64,000 nucleotides of DNA from NCBI RefSeq assembly GCF_009914755.1, contig NC_060933.1; one strand, 5' to 3'. The notes under the pieces were generated by a model that saw nothing but the letters and a program-made list of their open reading frames with translations, searched no databases and was not told where the DNA came from. Shown one piece after another: positions 62,433 through 64,000 of this stretch (its first letter is position 1; every line of letters begins with the position of its first letter). The position numbers and the translations under genes were made by a program. This stretch comes from the human T2T-CHM13v2.0 reference genome, Homo sapiens.

Positions 62433-62894
62433 ATATGATAAAAAGTTTAAAAGAAACATTAAAAATAGGTCAAATTGAAGTAATAAATTTAGTTATAAAA
62501 AAGAGTTCCAAACTAGCAGTAATTTTAAAAAATTAAATGGTGTAAACTTACCAGTTCAAAGACAAAGATATCTCTTACAGTTCGGATACAGATCACTGCT
62601 TCTGCAGTAATAACTAGATAAAATGGGTAAACCACTTTGCATCTGAGGATGCAAAGAAATGTAAAAGAATTAAATTCCTAAAAACAAGAGCCTCTCTTAG
62701 GGGAGCAGAGAGCAGTTTATACGGTCTCTGAAGAGGTAAGGAGAAACAAGAAAGTGAGGGAAGAAGGTGGTAGGAGAGGAGGAGAGGGAGATGGAGAGAG
62801 GGAGATAGGGAGAGAGAGTGAGGAGGATGGGAAAGAGGAGGAAAGAACAAAGAACAGATGACAAAAATAGAAAACAAATAGCAAGGTGCTTGAT

Positions 62895-63400
62895 GTGGCA
62901 GTTTTGAAGTCTGGTGTTAAAGATCTTTGATACTCCTCCCCCCGAAAGGTGGGGTTTCAGATCCCTTCCCTTGAATCTGAGTGGGGTAGTATGACTGCTC
63001 CTGCTAAGAGAGTACAGTATAACTCTGTGATTTCTGAGGATAGGTTACAAAAGGCTATGTAGCTTCTGCCTGGTTCTCTTGGGGACACTCTCATGAAACC
63101 CAGCCATTATGCTGTTAGGAAGCCAAGAAGCCCCACGTAGAGGCCATGGGTTCCAGATGACAGCCTCATTTGAGGAACCAGCTGACAGTCGGTATCAACT
63201 AACGTCAGGAAAACTAGGGAGTAAGCACGGAGGTGACTCCAGCCCCAGATGCTGAATCCTGCCAGCATTCAAGTCTTCCCAGTGGAGGCCAATTACATTG
63301 TGTAGTGGAGTTCCTAACCCAGAATCTAAAAAGGCATTAAAAGGATTATTATTTTATTCACTAACTTTGGAATGGCTTGTTACTTAACAACAGCAACTAT
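62895..63400 (+). mobile_element. MLT1-type MaLR LTR
   Basis: tctttgatactcctccc..aggtgggg..cccttgaatctg; gctgttaggaagcca; ctaactttggaatggcttgttac. Confidence 0.7.
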
Positions 63401-63890
63401 TATTAAAGATTTAAACCAGCCATATCAATAATTATATTACATAGAAATGTTTTAAATATTAGATGAAAAAGCAGCAGGTGTCACATTAGATAAAACCAAA
63501 AACTATACGCTACCTATGAAAAACCCACTTTAAAGACACAAGTAAGTTAAAAGTAAAAGGATGTACCATGCAAACAGTAATCAAAAGAAAACTGTTATTG
63601 TTGTTACTGTTGTTTTAATGTCAGACAAAGCAGACTTAAAAACAAAAAGTATTACCAGGAAAAAAGAAAGATTTCACAATGATAAAAGGGTCAATTCATC
63701 AAGAAGATGTAACAATTCTAAATGTGTTTATACACAGTTACAGAGCTTAGAAATAAATGAAACAAAAAATGACAGAATTGAAAATAGCAATTAATAACTC
63801 ATAATTGGAGGCTTCAACATCATCTCTTAGGAGATTGATAAAAATAGACAGAAAATCAGAAGACTATAGGGACCTGAACAACACTATTAT

Positions 63891-64000
63891 TGGTAGACAA
63901 TTCTCCATGGGTCTGCTGCATTTCTGCTTTTGCTCCAGACTATATTTTCAATGATATTTGTACAGCCAACCCCTTTGGAAAAGAGACAGGGTCTCATTCA
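63891..64000. mobile_element. ERV-type LTR start (subfamily uncertain), truncated by the window edge
   Basis: tagacaattctccatgggtct...ttttgctccagactatattttcaa resembles an LTR 5' end. Confidence 0.45.

Noticed and set aside
62635-62657. Short hairpin ctttgcatc-tgag-gatgcaaag (a similar short palindrome lies at ~29971)
   Set aside because: Stems of 9-10 bp are expected by chance in 64 kb

Overview
Primate (almost certainly human) genomic DNA from inside the Fanconi anaemia gene FANCC, transcribed on the minus strand. Only two coding exons are present: 19480-19590 (111 nt, [37 protein letters not shown]) and 18522-18586 (65 nt, [22 protein letters not shown]). They have canonical splice sites and correspond to exons 5 and 6 in current numbering, with exon 5 being the historical 'exon 4' of IVS4+4A>T. 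The rest is intron 6 (1-18521), intron 5 and intron 4 (19591-64000), dominated by L1, Alu, L2/MIR, MaLR LTRs and DNA-transposon fossils (MER30, MER2, MER44, Tigger3b, MER20, MER33, MADE1). Nearly all ORF-track entries are repeat-derived or chance ORFs. The most notable structure is a 2.4-kb composite, non-autonomous segment inserted into a Tigger3b fossil with a 16-bp target-site duplication, a TT/AAAA site and a terminal AATAAA, probably an L1-mobilised orphan transcript of unknown source. Others are a U13 snoRNA retrocopy, a 29-bp-stem hairpin, two ~76-bp minisatellites and a near-perfect CTCF site. I found no evidence of a novel multi-gene system. Repeat subfamily names and boundaries are from recall of consensus sequences and are approximate.
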